Shown here in pieces: positions 1 through 9,931 of a stretch of 64,000 nucleotides of DNA (position 1 is the stretch's first letter; each line of letters opens with the position of its first letter). The stretch covers positions 3,804 to 67,803 of the forward strand of contig JAQWNZ010000057.1 in the NCBI GenBank assembly GCA_029246125.1. The letters run 5' to 3'. The notes under the pieces are model-generated. The model did no database searches, was not told the origin of the DNA, and was given only the letters and a program-made list of their open reading frames with translations. The DNA is from Flavobacteriaceae bacterium (GTDB lineage Bacteria > Bacteroidota > Bacteroidia > Flavobacteriales > Flavobacteriaceae). A program made the position numbers and the translations under genes.

Positions 1-2
1 CT

Positions 3-218
3 AATTCAATTTTGAGGGGCTTACGAAACCCAGCCGATTTTGAATTTGAAAAAAGTGTTGCACAAATGAACAGAAAACTGACAGGCATTGAAACAGTTTT
101 TTTATTGTCTTCATCCACTCACTCCTATATTAGCAGTAGTATTGTTCGTGAAATTATTCATTACGGTGGGGATTACACTTTATTAGTTCCAAAAGCAGTA
201 GTATCTAGAAAGGCTTAA
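3..218 (+). CDS. coaD: phosphopantetheine adenylyltransferase, C-terminal part (5' end lies outside the window)
   Basis: Frame is open from the window edge. RGLRNPADFEFEKSVAQMNRKL...SSSIVREIIHYGGD matches the conserved C-terminal half of CoaD. Confidence 0.8.
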   Translation, partial: NSILRGLRNPADFEFEKSVAQMNRKLTGIETVFLLSSSTHSYISSSIVREIIHYGGDYTLLVPKAVVSRKA

Positions 219-223
219 ATTGC

Positions 224-826
224 TTATTCTCCAACCACAGCTTTAACTACTATTTTAATATTTTCATACGCATTTTCAAACAAGTCAGGGATTTCGTCTA
301 TAGTTTTCCATTCTGCTTTTTGAATGTTCTCCTCCATTTGTGGAATTAATGGCAAAGCATACTTTGTTTTCATTAAAAACCAATGGGTTAATTTCAACTT
401 ATATCTTCCATTCGCATTGTAGATGTGATAAGTAGATGGTAGAGGTTTGGATACATTCAAATTTAAAACACCTGTTTCCTCTGAAACTTCACGCATAGCT
501 GCGTTTAAAATAATCTCTTTTTTTTCAATCTTACCTTTGGGCAAATCCCACTTATTGTTTCGATAAATAAATAATAAACGACCATCTTTATGTTCAACTA
601 AGCCACCAGCGGCTTCTACCGTTGGAAAAAATTTTAAAAAATGCATTTCTAACTTTTCCCTTTTAGGATGATATAAATTAATTCCTAAAACTTTCTTTGA
701 TTTTAAGGCTTTCATTAAGCTGTAAACCGAAGTATATTTGGCATATAATAATGGAAAATCGTCAGAGATTTCTTCAATATCAGTTTTTAAAAAAATTGGC
801 TTCTGGTTATAAAAAACTTTATACAT
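224..826 (-). CDS. NUDIX hydrolase
   Basis: Nudix box GKIEKKEIILNAAMREVSEETGV (Gx5Ex7REUxEExGU). The track ORF begins at a TTG (862); the first ATG is at 826 (MYKVF...). Confidence 0.8.
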   Translation of the reverse strand: MYKVFYNQKPIFLKTDIEEISDDFPLLYAKYTSVYSLMKALKSKKVLGINLYHPKREKLEMHFLKFFPTVEAAGGLVEHKDGRLLFIYRNNKWDLPKGKIEKKEIILNAAMREVSEETGVLNLNVSKPLPSTYHIYNANGRYKLKLTHWFLMKTKYALPLIPQMEENIQKAEWKTIDEIPDLFENAYENIKIVVKAVVGE

Positions 827-829
827 TTG
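796..829 (+). promoter_or_regulatory. candidate Bacteroidetes-type promoter for pyrE (TTG-N23-TACATTTG)
   Basis: TTG at 796-798 and TACATTTG at 822-829 match the TTG/TAnnTTTG consensus. The box ends 4 nt before the pyrE ATG (833) and lies inside the divergent NUDIX gene. Confidence 0.35.
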
Positions 830-832
830 AGA

Positions 833-1474
833 ATGGTCTTTAATCAAAAAATTGCTCAACAAACAGCAGAGTTACTCATACAAATTAATGCAATTAAATT
901 GAATCCAAAAAATCCATTTACTTGGGCTAGCGGATGGAAATCTCCTATTTATTGTGACAACAGAATCGCTTTATCCTATCACGATATTCGAACTTTTTTA
1001 TGCAATGCTCTTGCTAAAGAAATCCAAAATAAATTTGATTCAAATATCATCATTGCAGGAGTTGCAACTGGAGCAATAGGAATTGGCATGTTAGTTGCAC
1101 AAATACTTGAGCTTCCTTTTATTTATGTTCGTCCTGAAGCTAAGAAACACGGAGGGAAAAATCAAATTGAGGGAAAATTGGAACCAAATCAAAAAGTAGT
1201 AGTTATCGAAGACCTAATAAGCACTGGTAAAAGCAGTCTAAATGCAGTGAATGCAATTAAGAAGGCACAATGTGAAGTAGTTGGAATGTTAGCTTTGTTT
1301 ACCTATGGATTCCCTCAAGCCTCAATTGCTTTTAAAGAAGCTCAAGTTACACTTAAAACACTTTGTGACTATCAGCACCTATTGAGTAGTGCTTTAAACC
1401 AAAATAAAATCACTGAAACGGAAGTTCAAAACCTTCACAAATGGAGAAAGGATCCTTCAAACTGGGCTCCTTAA
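833..1474 (+). CDS. pyrE: orotate phosphoribosyltransferase
   Basis: PRPP-binding loop VVVIEDLISTGKSS. NPFTWASGWKSPIYCDNR is typical of PyrE. ATG at 833 (track start 827 is TTG). Confidence 0.88.
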   Translation: MVFNQKIAQQTAELLIQINAIKLNPKNPFTWASGWKSPIYCDNRIALSYHDIRTFLCNALAKEIQNKFDSNIIIAGVATGAIGIGMLVAQILELPFIYVRPEAKKHGGKNQIEGKLEPNQKVVVIEDLISTGKSSLNAVNAIKKAQCEVVGMLALFTYGFPQASIAFKEAQVTLKTLCDYQHLLSSALNQNKITETEVQNLHKWRKDPSNWAP

Positions 1475-2223
1475 ATTATTTCTTTTGGATAAAGCATTCG
1501 AGCTTGATTGAGATTTATAGTGCTTAACCCACCTTCCGAATCTGTAATGATTAGCTTACCCTCTTGTGTCACTTTCAAAGGTATTGCTTCAAATATTCCT
1601 TCTGACCCAAAAAATTTTGAGGGTTTATTTTTTCTCCATAGAAATGAATTAAACATAGTTAAATTCTCTTTTTCGTGATCTAATAAATTAGAAAACGGAA
1701 TATTTTCAAAATTTTGTATTAAGGTGTTTAAAACATTCTCAATATCCCATTTTCTTTTGGTAATCATAAATAAAGATCCTGCATGGGGAAGTGAATCAAA
1801 TTTCTCTTGGTTAATATTTAACCCCAGTCCGATAATTGTTTCATTTAAGCGCGAATATTTATAGGTATTTTCAATCAGAATTCCACCAATCTTATGATTA
1901 CATGACAAAATGTCGTTTGGCCATTTAATATTTAATCCAGGAATTCCTATAGAATGCAATGTTCGAATTATTGCACAGGCTACAGCGGAGCTAATTTCAA
2001 AAGGATGTTGAGGTGTTTTACCCTCAAAAGTCTTATAAATACTTAAAGATAAACTTTTATTAGCTTCCGATAGCCATGATTTATTTCTTTGCCCTCTTCC
2101 TTCGGTTTGATGTTTTGTCCAAATTAAATCCCCATCCTTACAGGTAGCATTTGAAAGTTTATCTTTCAAATAATTATTTGTTGAAGTGATGGCATTAAGT
2201 TTGATAATATTAAATGTGCTCAT
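1471..2223 (-). CDS. birA: biotin--[acetyl-CoA-carboxylase] ligase (no N-terminal HTH)
   Basis: GRGQRNKSW and KWPNDIL...KIGGILIE biotin-protein-ligase motifs. At 250 aa there is no repressor domain. Confidence 0.82.
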   Translation of the reverse strand: MSTFNIIKLNAITSTNNYLKDKLSNATCKDGDLIWTKHQTEGRGQRNKSWLSEANKSLSLSIYKTFEGKTPQHPFEISSAVACAIIRTLHSIGIPGLNIKWPNDILSCNHKIGGILIENTYKYSRLNETIIGLGLNINQEKFDSLPHAGSLFMITKRKWDIENVLNTLIQNFENIPFSNLLDHEKENLTMFNSFLWRKNKPSKFFGSEGIFEAIPLKVTQEGKLIITDSEGGLSTINLNQARMLYPKEII

Positions 2224-2253
2224 TTATGAATTAAATTGCGTTTCAAAATGTAA

Positions 2254-2261
2254 TAAATTTG
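2254..2261 (+). promoter_or_regulatory. candidate -7 promoter box (TAAATTTG) for rsfS-ftsH
   Basis: TAnnTTTG match 19 nt upstream of the rsfS ATG. The upstream TTG has a short spacer (15 nt). Confidence 0.3.
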
Positions 2262-2280
2262 TTGAAAATAATTTAGCTTA

Positions 2281-2652
2281 ATGGCAATTAAAAAGGAAAG
2301 GGATATTCAATTAATAGAAGAAATTATTCTTGGTATAGAAAATGTTAAAGGTGAAAAAATTAATCAATTAGACCTTAGGAAGCTGGAAAATACTCCCTGT
2401 GATTTTTTTATAGTTTGCAGTGGAAGCTCAAATACTCAGGTATCCGCCATTGTGAACTCTGTTTTAAAGAGAGTGAGTAAAGCATTAAAAGAAAAACCTT
2501 TTCACACAGAAGGCTTAGTCAATGCTGAATGGGTATTGATTGATTATGTCAATGTTGTTGTTCACATTTTTCAGAATCAAATTCGTGAATATTACAATTT
2601 AGAAGATCTATGGGGAGACGCGAAAAGTACCCAAATTGCATCAAATTATTAA
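2281..2652 (+). CDS. rsfS: ribosome silencing factor RsfS (iojap family)
   Basis: DFFIVCSGSSNTQVSAI...EWVLIDYVNVVVHIF...REYYNLEDLWGDA is the family signature. Confidence 0.88.
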   Translation: MAIKKERDIQLIEEIILGIENVKGEKINQLDLRKLENTPCDFFIVCSGSSNTQVSAIVNSVLKRVSKALKEKPFHTEGLVNAEWVLIDYVNVVVHIFQNQIREYYNLEDLWGDAKSTQIASNY

Positions 2653-2658
2653 AAATCT

Positions 2659-4605
2659 ATGAAAGAAGTGAAAAAACCACAGACACCAAAATTTAACATT
2701 TATTGGCTTTATGGTGCCATTATATTTTCCTTACTAGGTATGAGTATTTTTGGAGGAGGCGATTCATGGAAAACTCTTAGTAAAACAAATATTTCAAATT
2801 TTGAACAATTTCTTAATGCTGGAGATGTAAGTGAAGTTATAGTAATCCGAAATAAAAGTAGTGTACAAGTAACCCTTAAACAAGAGGCTCTTTCTAAAAG
2901 TGAACATCAAACGATTAGTTCAAAAAATATTTTTGGTCAAGAAAATTTGCAAGGACCACACTATCAATTTGAAGTTGGTAGTTTAGAACTCTTTGAAGAA
3001 AAATTAGAAAAAGCCCGTCAAAATGGGATTGTTTTCCGGCTTGAATTCATTACCGTAGAAAATCGTTGGATAGATGCAATAATTGGCTTTTTACCCATTA
3101 TAATTATAATAGGAGTATGGATTTTTTTGATGCGTCGCATGTCTGGTGGAGGTGCGGGAGGACCTGGTGGTCAAATTTTCAATATTGGAAAATCAAAAGC
3201 TAAATTATTTGATAAAAATACAGATGTTAAAACTACATTTAAAGATGTTGCTGGATTAGAAGGAGCAAAAGAAGAAATACAAGAAATAGTGGACTTTTTA
3301 AAAAACCCATCAAAATATACTAAACTTGGTGGAAAAATACCGAAAGGTGCCCTTTTAGTAGGATCACCGGGTACTGGAAAAACTTTGCTTGCTAAAGCTG
3401 TTGCAGGTGAAGCTAAAGTTCCTTTTTTCTCATTATCTGGTTCAGATTTTGTTGAAATGTTTGTAGGAGTTGGAGCTTCAAGGGTAAGAGATCTCTTTAA
3501 ACAAGCAAAAGATAAATCTCCCTCAATAATTTTTATAGATGAAATTGATGCCATAGGACGTGCTAGAGGAAAAAGTAATATAACAGGTTCCAATGACGAA
3601 AGGGAAAATACATTAAATCAACTTCTAACTGAGATGGATGGTTTTGGCACAAACACAAATGTAATTGTAATTGCAGCAACAAATCGAGCAGATGTATTAG
3701 ATAAGGCGCTCATGCGTGCAGGTCGATTTGATCGTCAAATTTATGTTGATCTTCCCGACTTAAATGAAAGAAAAGAAATCTTTGAGGTACATTTGAAGCC
3801 TATTAAAGTGATTAAAACTTTAGACATAGATTTTCTCGCTAAGCAAACCCCAGGTTTTTCTGGGGCTGATATTGCAAATGTTTGCAATGAAGCTGCATTA
3901 ATAGCAGCTCGAAAGAATAAAAAATCAGTTGGAAAGCAAGACTTTCTAGATGCTGTAGATAGAATTATCGGAGGACTTGAAAAGAAAAATAAAATTATTT
4001 CTCCCGAGGAGAAGAAAACTATTGCCTTTCATGAGGCTGGACATGCGATTGTTAGCTGGTTACTTGAATATGCAGCTCCGCTAGTAAAAGTAACTATAGT
4101 TCCTAGAGGTCAATCGCTTGGTGCAGCTTGGTATTTACCTGAAGAAAGACAAATTGTGAGAACAGAACAAATGTTAGATGAAATGTGTGCGGCTCTAGGT
4201 GGTCGTGCTGCAGAAAAAGTAATGTTTGATAAAATTTCTACAGGAGCTTTAAGTGATTTAGAAAAAGTTACCCGTCAGGCAAGATCAATGGTATCTGTTT
4301 ATGGTCTCAATGAAAATTTAGGTAACATCACTTATTATGATTCTTCAGGTCAGACAGATTATAACTTTACAAAACCTTATTCTGAAGAGACCGCACGAAA
4401 GATAGATCATGAAATTTCTGAGATTATTGAAAAACAATATGAAAGAGCAATATCATTACTCGCTTCCTCAAAAGATAAATTGATTAAACTGGCTGATCGT
4501 CTTTTAGAAAAAGAAGTTATTTTTAAGGACGATTTAGAAAATATTCTTGGTAAAAGACCCTATAAATCTAATGAGGAAAAAATAGAAGAGGCTAAGAATA
4601 AGTGA
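2659..4605 (+). CDS. ftsH: ATP-dependent zinc metalloprotease FtsH
   Basis: N-terminal TM segments, Walker A GSPGTGKT, Walker [31 protein letters not shown], zinc site HEAGHA. Confidence 0.98.
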   Translation: MKEVKKPQTPKFNIYWLYGAIIFSLLGMSIFGGGDSWKTLSKTNISNFEQFLNAGDVSEVIVIRNKSSVQVTLKQEALSKSEHQTISSKNIFGQENLQGPHYQFEVGSLELFEEKLEKARQNGIVFRLEFITVENRWIDAIIGFLPIIIIIGVWIFLMRRMSGGGAGGPGGQIFNIGKSKAKLFDKNTDVKTTFKDVAGLEGAKEEIQEIVDFLKNPSKYTKLGGKIPKGALLVGSPGTGKTLLAKAVAGEAKVPFFSLSGSDFVEMFVGVGASRVRDLFKQAKDKSPSIIFIDEIDAIGRARGKSNITGSNDERENTLNQLLTEMDGFGTNTNVIVIAATNRADVLDKALMRAGRFDRQIYVDLPDLNERKEIFEVHLKPIKVIKTLDIDFLAKQTPGFSGADIANVCNEAALIAARKNKKSVGKQDFLDAVDRIIGGLEKKNKIISPEEKKTIAFHEAGHAIVSWLLEYAAPLVKVTIVPRGQSLGAAWYLPEERQIVRTEQMLDEMCAALGGRAAEKVMFDKISTGALSDLEKVTRQARSMVSVYGLNENLGNITYYDSSGQTDYNFTKPYSEETARKIDHEISEIIEKQYERAISLLASSKDKLIKLADRLLEKEVIFKDDLENILGKRPYKSNEEKIEEAKNK

Positions 4606-4614
4606 TCACTAATA

Positions 4615-5208
4615 ATGGGTATTTGGGATAAATTTTTTGGTAAAAGCAAAGCAAAAAAGCCTCAAAACAGCCCTTTTTTACCCAAAGAGGGTGATCCCCT
4701 TGAGGTCGGATTTGCAAAAAACTTTACACGTAAAGGAGGCAAGTTTTTATTCAATGAATCTTATTCTAATCTATTAGATAATTTTAAAGATATATGTATT
4801 GAGAATCATTGGGAACCTAAACAAATTTTAAGCTTAAATGCTAATTTATCAGACCAATTTGGAACTAGTTTAATTTCACAAAACTCTATAATTCCAAAAG
4901 AATATAAGGCTGCAATAATTGAATGTGAATACCTGATATCTAATACGGGTAAAATATTGTTGAGTGAATTTCAAATTAAACACTTTAAACTTAATAATCT
5001 CCCTCAAACAATTATTGTAAAAGCAAATTTGAATCAGTTGGTAAGAGACGTAAGTCAGGGCATGACTTTTCTTAAAAAGAAATATCCCGAAAAAATACCT
5101 ACAAATATAACAACCTTAAAAATAAAGTCTAATTTACATGGTGAAAAGGAAGCTCCTGAATCAGAGACTACATCAAAAAGCATATATTTGCTCCTAGAAG
5201 ACAAATAA
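4615..5208 (+). CDS. conserved hypothetical protein, possibly LUD (LutB/LutC-like) domain
   Basis: 197-aa soluble ORF tightly packed after ftsH. The family call rests on my recollection of the flavobacterial rsfS-ftsH-LUD-cdsA-psd synteny, not on a clear motif. Confidence 0.35.
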   Translation: MGIWDKFFGKSKAKKPQNSPFLPKEGDPLEVGFAKNFTRKGGKFLFNESYSNLLDNFKDICIENHWEPKQILSLNANLSDQFGTSLISQNSIIPKEYKAAIIECEYLISNTGKILLSEFQIKHFKLNNLPQTIIVKANLNQLVRDVSQGMTFLKKKYPEKIPTNITTLKIKSNLHGEKEAPESETTSKSIYLLLEDK

Positions 5209-5211
5209 AAA

Positions 5212-5260
5212 TCTGTAATTATATGATTTCAGTTTATTTTTTAATCTTCTGTAATTATAT
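5212..5260. repeat. 13-nt exact direct repeat TCTGTAATTATAT x2 (5212-5224 and 5248-5260) in the 60-bp gap upstream of cdsA
   Basis: Read directly from the sequence. The copies are 36 nt apart, start to start. Confidence 0.9.
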
Positions 5261-5268
5261 AAAAATAT

Positions 5269-6072
5269 ATGAGTGAATTACTCATTAGAAGTATATCAGG
5301 ACTCTTGTATGTAGCACTAATTATCTTTTCAGCCTATTGGTCAAACGGTGCTTTACTTATTATTATTTTTATATTTTCATCACTTGCTCTTTTCGAATTT
5401 CAGAAACTAATTAATTATAAAAGCCCAATCTCTTTTCTAGTATTTGGTATTTTATCCTATCAGTTTTTTAACGATCAAGTACATAAAGTTTTTCATTTCT
5501 CACTTTTAGCCTTGACTTTAATTACCAGTTTATATTTAACTTACTGTTTAATTAAAGAGAAAAAATTTCCGTCGGAAAACTATCAAAGAGGTGGCATCTC
5601 CTTCTTTTATATTGTTGGTTCAGGATATTTTATTTTAGCTACTACAAAATTGCCAGGTTTAGAAAACAACTTTACAACACTCTTGATTTACACATTTATC
5701 TGGACTAATAATTGTTTTGCATATATTTTTGGTAAACGTTTAGGAAAAAAACTATTCTTTCCTTCAATCTCTCCAAATAAAACATGGGAAGGTTTTTGGG
5801 GAGGAGGACTTAGTTGTTTAGGTCTTGGGTTGGTGTTAATGACATTAAATACAGGACTTGAAGAATGGATCTTCCCTGTTTTAGCCATTGTAATTATTTC
5901 AACAGCTACAATTGGTGACCTAATTCAGTCAAAGTTTAAAAGAGAAGCTAAAGTAAAAGACAGTGGCTCACTAATTCCTGGGCATGGTGGGTTTTTCGAT
6001 AGGATGGATAGTGTATTATATACTGCTCCTTTTGTTTATCTTGTTTTAATATTATCTGAATATGTTCCATAA
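5269..6072 (+). CDS. cdsA: phosphatidate cytidylyltransferase
   Basis: Multi-TM protein with the CDS signature SKFKREAKVKDSGSLIPGHGGFFDRMDS. Confidence 0.92.
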   Translation: MSELLIRSISGLLYVALIIFSAYWSNGALLIIIFIFSSLALFEFQKLINYKSPISFLVFGILSYQFFNDQVHKVFHFSLLALTLITSLYLTYCLIKEKKFPSENYQRGGISFFYIVGSGYFILATTKLPGLENNFTTLLIYTFIWTNNCFAYIFGKRLGKKLFFPSISPNKTWEGFWGGGLSCLGLGLVLMTLNTGLEEWIFPVLAIVIISTATIGDLIQSKFKREAKVKDSGSLIPGHGGFFDRMDSVLYTAPFVYLVLILSEYVP

Positions 6073-6715
6073 AGAAGGATATTTAATCATTCTAAACACA
6101 TTTTTAATTATTGCTGCAATTGCAGTTTTAGTTGAATACAATATATCGATTGAGTGGTTAAAAATTATCATTCAAGTGACGGCCTTAATATTGTTAATTT
6201 TAGTTTTACAGTTCTTTAGAAATCCAAAGCGTACTACATCAAAAAATGAAAAGCACCTCATTGCTCCTGTTGATGGAAAAGTAGTAATTGTTGAAGAGGT
6301 TTTTGAAAAAGAGTATTTTAAAGATAAACGCATTCAGATATCTATTTTTATGTCACCCTTGAATGTTCATGTTACTCGGTATACAATGAGTGGTATAGTA
6401 AATTTTAGCAAATACCATCCTGGTAAATATCTAGTAGCTTGGCATCCAAAATCATCGGAACTTAATGAACGTACTACAATTGTACTTGAGAATAAAACAT
6501 TTGGAGAAGTTTTGTACCGTCAAATTGCTGGAACAGTCGCCCGAAGAATAGTGAATTATGCTGTGAAGGGATCACAAGTTGTTCAAGGAGAAGATGCTGG
6601 ATTTATAAAATTTGGCTCTAGAGTAGACCTCTTTTTACCCCTTAAAACACAAATTGATGTGAAAGTCGATGATGTGGTTAAGGGTGGTATTCAAACGATT
6701 GCTCATCTACCCTAA
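6062..6715 (+). CDS. psd: phosphatidylserine decarboxylase proenzyme (short form)
   Basis: C-terminal FGSRVDLFLP self-cleavage (GS) region. N-terminal TM segments. Overlaps cdsA by 11 nt. Confidence 0.85.
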   Translation: MFHKEGYLIILNTFLIIAAIAVLVEYNISIEWLKIIIQVTALILLILVLQFFRNPKRTTSKNEKHLIAPVDGKVVIVEEVFEKEYFKDKRIQISIFMSPLNVHVTRYTMSGIVNFSKYHPGKYLVAWHPKSSELNERTTIVLENKTFGEVLYRQIAGTVARRIVNYAVKGSQVVQGEDAGFIKFGSRVDLFLPLKTQIDVKVDDVVKGGIQTIAHLP

Positions 6716-9342
6716 AGCGATTCCAAATTCTTTTCCAGTAATAAGATTTTTTCTCTTGCATCTGACGCCTTTTTATGCTCTAAATCAATAACTTTTTCAG
6801 GTGCATTAGCAACGAAAAGTTGGTTGGAAAGTTTCTTTTCAACCGAAGCTAAAAATCCTTTAATATAATTGAGTTCTAAAGTTAATTTTTCTTTCTCTGC
6901 TTCAGGATCTTCTGCTTCAATCGTCGGAATAAAAAACTCTAAATTTTTTATTCTAAATTTACCCCCATCCAAATTTTCAGGAGGGTTGGAATACTTTATT
7001 TCAGTGACACCTCCCAATTTTAAAATAGCAGATTCAAAACTAAAATTAGACTTATCTGTATTAATATATAGACTGATGTTCTCTTTAAAAGTAATATTTT
7101 TTTCCTTTCTAAAATTCCGAATACCTCCTATGATTTGTTGAGCTAATTCAAAATCATTGATGCATTTTTTGTTAAAATTTTGAGCTTCTGGCCAAGCAGC
7201 GACTGTAATAGAATCCTCTGTTTTTTGATCAGCAATAAAATGCCAAAGCTCTTCGGTTAGAAAAGGCATAAAAGGGTGAAGAATTCTTAAGTTTTTTTCA
7301 AATAAGGCAATCACCTTAATATAGGTTTGTCGATCAATCGGTTGGCCATATTCAGGCTTAATAAGCTCTAGTAACCAAGAGCAAAAATCATCCCAGACAA
7401 GTTTATAAATAGACATTAATGCATCGGAAATTCTATACTTATCAAAGTTCTCGTCAACCCAAGTAAGTGTTTTTTCAAACTGATTTTCATACCACTCCAA
7501 CGCTTCTGTCGCAACTTCAGGTACTTTTAAATCTTCTTTAATCTCCCACCCATCTATCAGACGATAAGCATTCCAAATTTTATTTGCAAAATTCTTCCCC
7601 TGTTGGCATAAGGACTCATCAAAAAGCAGGTCATTCCCCGCAGCTGAACTTAGCATTAGTCCAACTCGAACTGCATCTGCACCGTAATCCTCAATAAGCT
7701 TTAATGCGTCAGGTGAATTTCCCAATTGTTTTGACATTTTTCGACCCTTTTGATCTCGAACTAACCCGGTAAGATATACTTTAGAAAAAGGTTTTTTATC
7801 TCTAAAGGCATACCCAGACATTATCATCCGTGCTACCCAAAAAAACAAAATATCAGGGCCTGTTACCAAATCCTGAGTTGGGTAATAGTACTGAATTTCT
7901 TCATTTTCTGGATGTCTGATACCATCGAAAACAGAAATAGGCCATAACCATGAAGAAAACCAAGTGTCTAAAACATCTTCGTCTTGACGAAGATCATTTA
8001 CTGTTAAACTATCATTTCCACTTTTTGATTTTGCTTTTTCCAATGCTTTTAATTTATCTAAAGCAACTACATAATCTTTCTTACTTTTCCCGTAAAAATA
8101 GGCTGGAATTCGTTGTCCCCACCACAGTTGTCTTGAAATATTCCAATCTCTAATATTCTCCATCCAGTGACGGTAGGTATTTTTAAATTTTTCAGGTAAA
8201 AGTTCAATATCTTTTTCTTTTAGAACTCCATCTATTGCAGGTCGGGCTAATTCTTCCATTTTTAGAAACCACTGATCGGAAAGACGAGGTTCAATAACGG
8301 CCTTAGTTCTTTCAGATATACCAACTTTATGTCGATAAGCCTCCGTTTTGATTAAAATCCTTTGAGTCTCTAGGTCCTTAGCAATAATTTTTCTTGCCTT
8401 AAATCGATCCAAGTTTTGGTAATCTCCACCATTTTCATTGAGAGTTCCATCTGAATTAAAAATATCAATAACTTCCAGTTTGTGTTTTTCACCTAAAAGT
8501 TTGTCATTTTGATCATGTGCCGGGGTAACTTTTAAACAACCTGTTCCAAAATCCATGGCAACATAATCATCTTGTATTATTGGAATGATCCTGTTTGTCA
8601 ATGGAACATGAACTTTCTCCCCTTTTAAATGCAAATAGCGTTTGTCATCAGGATGAATGCAAATTGCTGTATCACCTAATAGTGTTTCTGGGCGCGTAGT
8701 TGCTACAATTACTTTTTCATCACTATTCACAACTTGGTAGGCGATATGATAAAGATTTCCGTTTTTTTCTTCGAAAAGTACTTCTTCATCAGAAAGTGTA
8801 GTTTGGGCTTCTGGATCCCAATTAACCATTCGAAATCCTCTGTAAATGAGCCCCTTATCGTGGAGCTTCTCGAAAACTTGAAGTACAGATTCTGACATTT
8901 CGGGATCCATAGTGAACTTGGTTCGGTCCCAATCACAACTACAACCCAATTTTTTTAATTGTTCCAAAATTACACCTCCGTACTCCTCAGTCCATTTCCA
9001 CGCATGATTCAAGAACTCCTCACGAGTCAAATCACTTTTTTCGATTCCTTCAGATTTTAACTTTTCGACAACCTTGGCTTCTGTAGCAATAGAGGCATGA
9101 TCTGTACCAGGTACCCAACAAGCATTGTAACCTCTCATTCTTGCACGACGAATAATAATGTCTTGAAGTGAGTTATTCAGCATATGTCCCATATGGAGGA
9201 CCCCTGTTACATTCGGAGGTGGAATTACTATAGTATATGGTTCGCGCTCATCTGGAGTAGATTTGAAAAAATTATTCTTATGCCAAAAGGCATACCATTT
9301 GCTTTCTATTCCTTTGGCATCAAATTTGGAAGGAATTTCCAT
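6712..9342 (-). CDS. valS: valine--tRNA ligase
   Basis: 876 aa. HIGH-type motif PPPNVTGVLHMGH, KMSKQ (KMSKS) motif, C-terminal coiled coil. Confidence 0.98.
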   Translation of the reverse strand: MEIPSKFDAKGIESKWYAFWHKNNFFKSTPDEREPYTIVIPPPNVTGVLHMGHMLNNSLQDIIIRRARMRGYNACWVPGTDHASIATEAKVVEKLKSEGIEKSDLTREEFLNHAWKWTEEYGGVILEQLKKLGCSCDWDRTKFTMDPEMSESVLQVFEKLHDKGLIYRGFRMVNWDPEAQTTLSDEEVLFEEKNGNLYHIAYQVVNSDEKVIVATTRPETLLGDTAICIHPDDKRYLHLKGEKVHVPLTNRIIPIIQDDYVAMDFGTGCLKVTPAHDQNDKLLGEKHKLEVIDIFNSDGTLNENGGDYQNLDRFKARKIIAKDLETQRILIKTEAYRHKVGISERTKAVIEPRLSDQWFLKMEELARPAIDGVLKEKDIELLPEKFKNTYRHWMENIRDWNISRQLWWGQRIPAYFYGKSKKDYVVALDKLKALEKAKSKSGNDSLTVNDLRQDEDVLDTWFSSWLWPISVFDGIRHPENEEIQYYYPTQDLVTGPDILFFWVARMIMSGYAFRDKKPFSKVYLTGLVRDQKGRKMSKQLGNSPDALKLIEDYGADAVRVGLMLSSAAGNDLLFDESLCQQGKNFANKIWNAYRLIDGWEIKEDLKVPEVATEALEWYENQFEKTLTWVDENFDKYRISDALMSIYKLVWDDFCSWLLELIKPEYGQPIDRQTYIKVIALFEKNLRILHPFMPFLTEELWHFIADQKTEDSITVAAWPEAQNFNKKCINDFELAQQIIGGIRNFRKEKNITFKENISLYINTDKSNFSFESAILKLGGVTEIKYSNPPENLDGGKFRIKNLEFFIPTIEAEDPEAEKEKLTLELNYIKGFLASVEKKLSNQLFVANAPEKVIDLEHKKASDAREKILLLEKNLESL

Positions 9343-9452
9343 GTGAAATTTTTGATCTAATTTTGATTTACAAAAGTAGGAACACTAATGTTATAAACAT
9401 AATGACTCATTAATAAAGAAAATTTTTATTTTTAATAAATTAACCTCATTTT

Positions 9453-9839
9453 ATGAAAACAATGAAATATCTTAATACAGTTATACTTCTCTTTACCCTT
9501 TCGGTATATGCCCAACAAACTTTACCTCAAATAGAATTTGAGAGCACTACCGTTGACTATGGAATAATTGAGAATGGAAGTGATGGGGAGCGTGTATTTA
9601 CTTTTAAAAATGTCGGAACTGCAGATTTAATTATTACAAACGTAAAATCCACTTGCGGATGTACTATTCCAAAAAAACCTAATAATCCTATTTCTCCTGG
9701 TGAATCCAGTGAAATTATTGTTCGCTACGATACCAAAAGAGTAGGCCCATTTAGAAAAACTATAACAGTTTCTACAAATCAGAAAGAAAGTCCATATATC
9801 GCTTTAAAACTTAAGGGTACAGTCCTGCCAATCCAATAA
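9453..9839 (+). CDS. DUF1573 domain-containing secreted protein
   Basis: Signal peptide, then FTFKNVGTADLIITNVKSTCGCT, typical of DUF1573. Confidence 0.7.
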   Translation: MKTMKYLNTVILLFTLSVYAQQTLPQIEFESTTVDYGIIENGSDGERVFTFKNVGTADLIITNVKSTCGCTIPKKPNNPISPGESSEIIVRYDTKRVGPFRKTITVSTNQKESPYIALKLKGTVLPIQ

Positions 9840-9882
9840 AATTTAAAGGAATTTATTAAAAGTCTCTTAAGGTCTTTAATAA

Positions 9883-9915
9883 TTGTTAGTGGCAAATAAA
9901 AACCTCTTACTTTTG
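9883..9915 (+). promoter_or_regulatory. candidate promoter TTG-N22-TACTTTTG
   Basis: TTG at 9883-9885 and TACTTTTG at 9908-9915, 16 nt upstream of the ATG at 9932. Confidence 0.4.
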
Positions 9916-9931
9916 CAGCTTTATTAGACTT

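Noticed and set aside
3171-3593. 140-aa ORF antisense to the ftsH AAA+ domain
   Set aside because: It lies entirely within a strongly conserved coding region on the other strand and has no recognisable features, so it is a shadow ORF.
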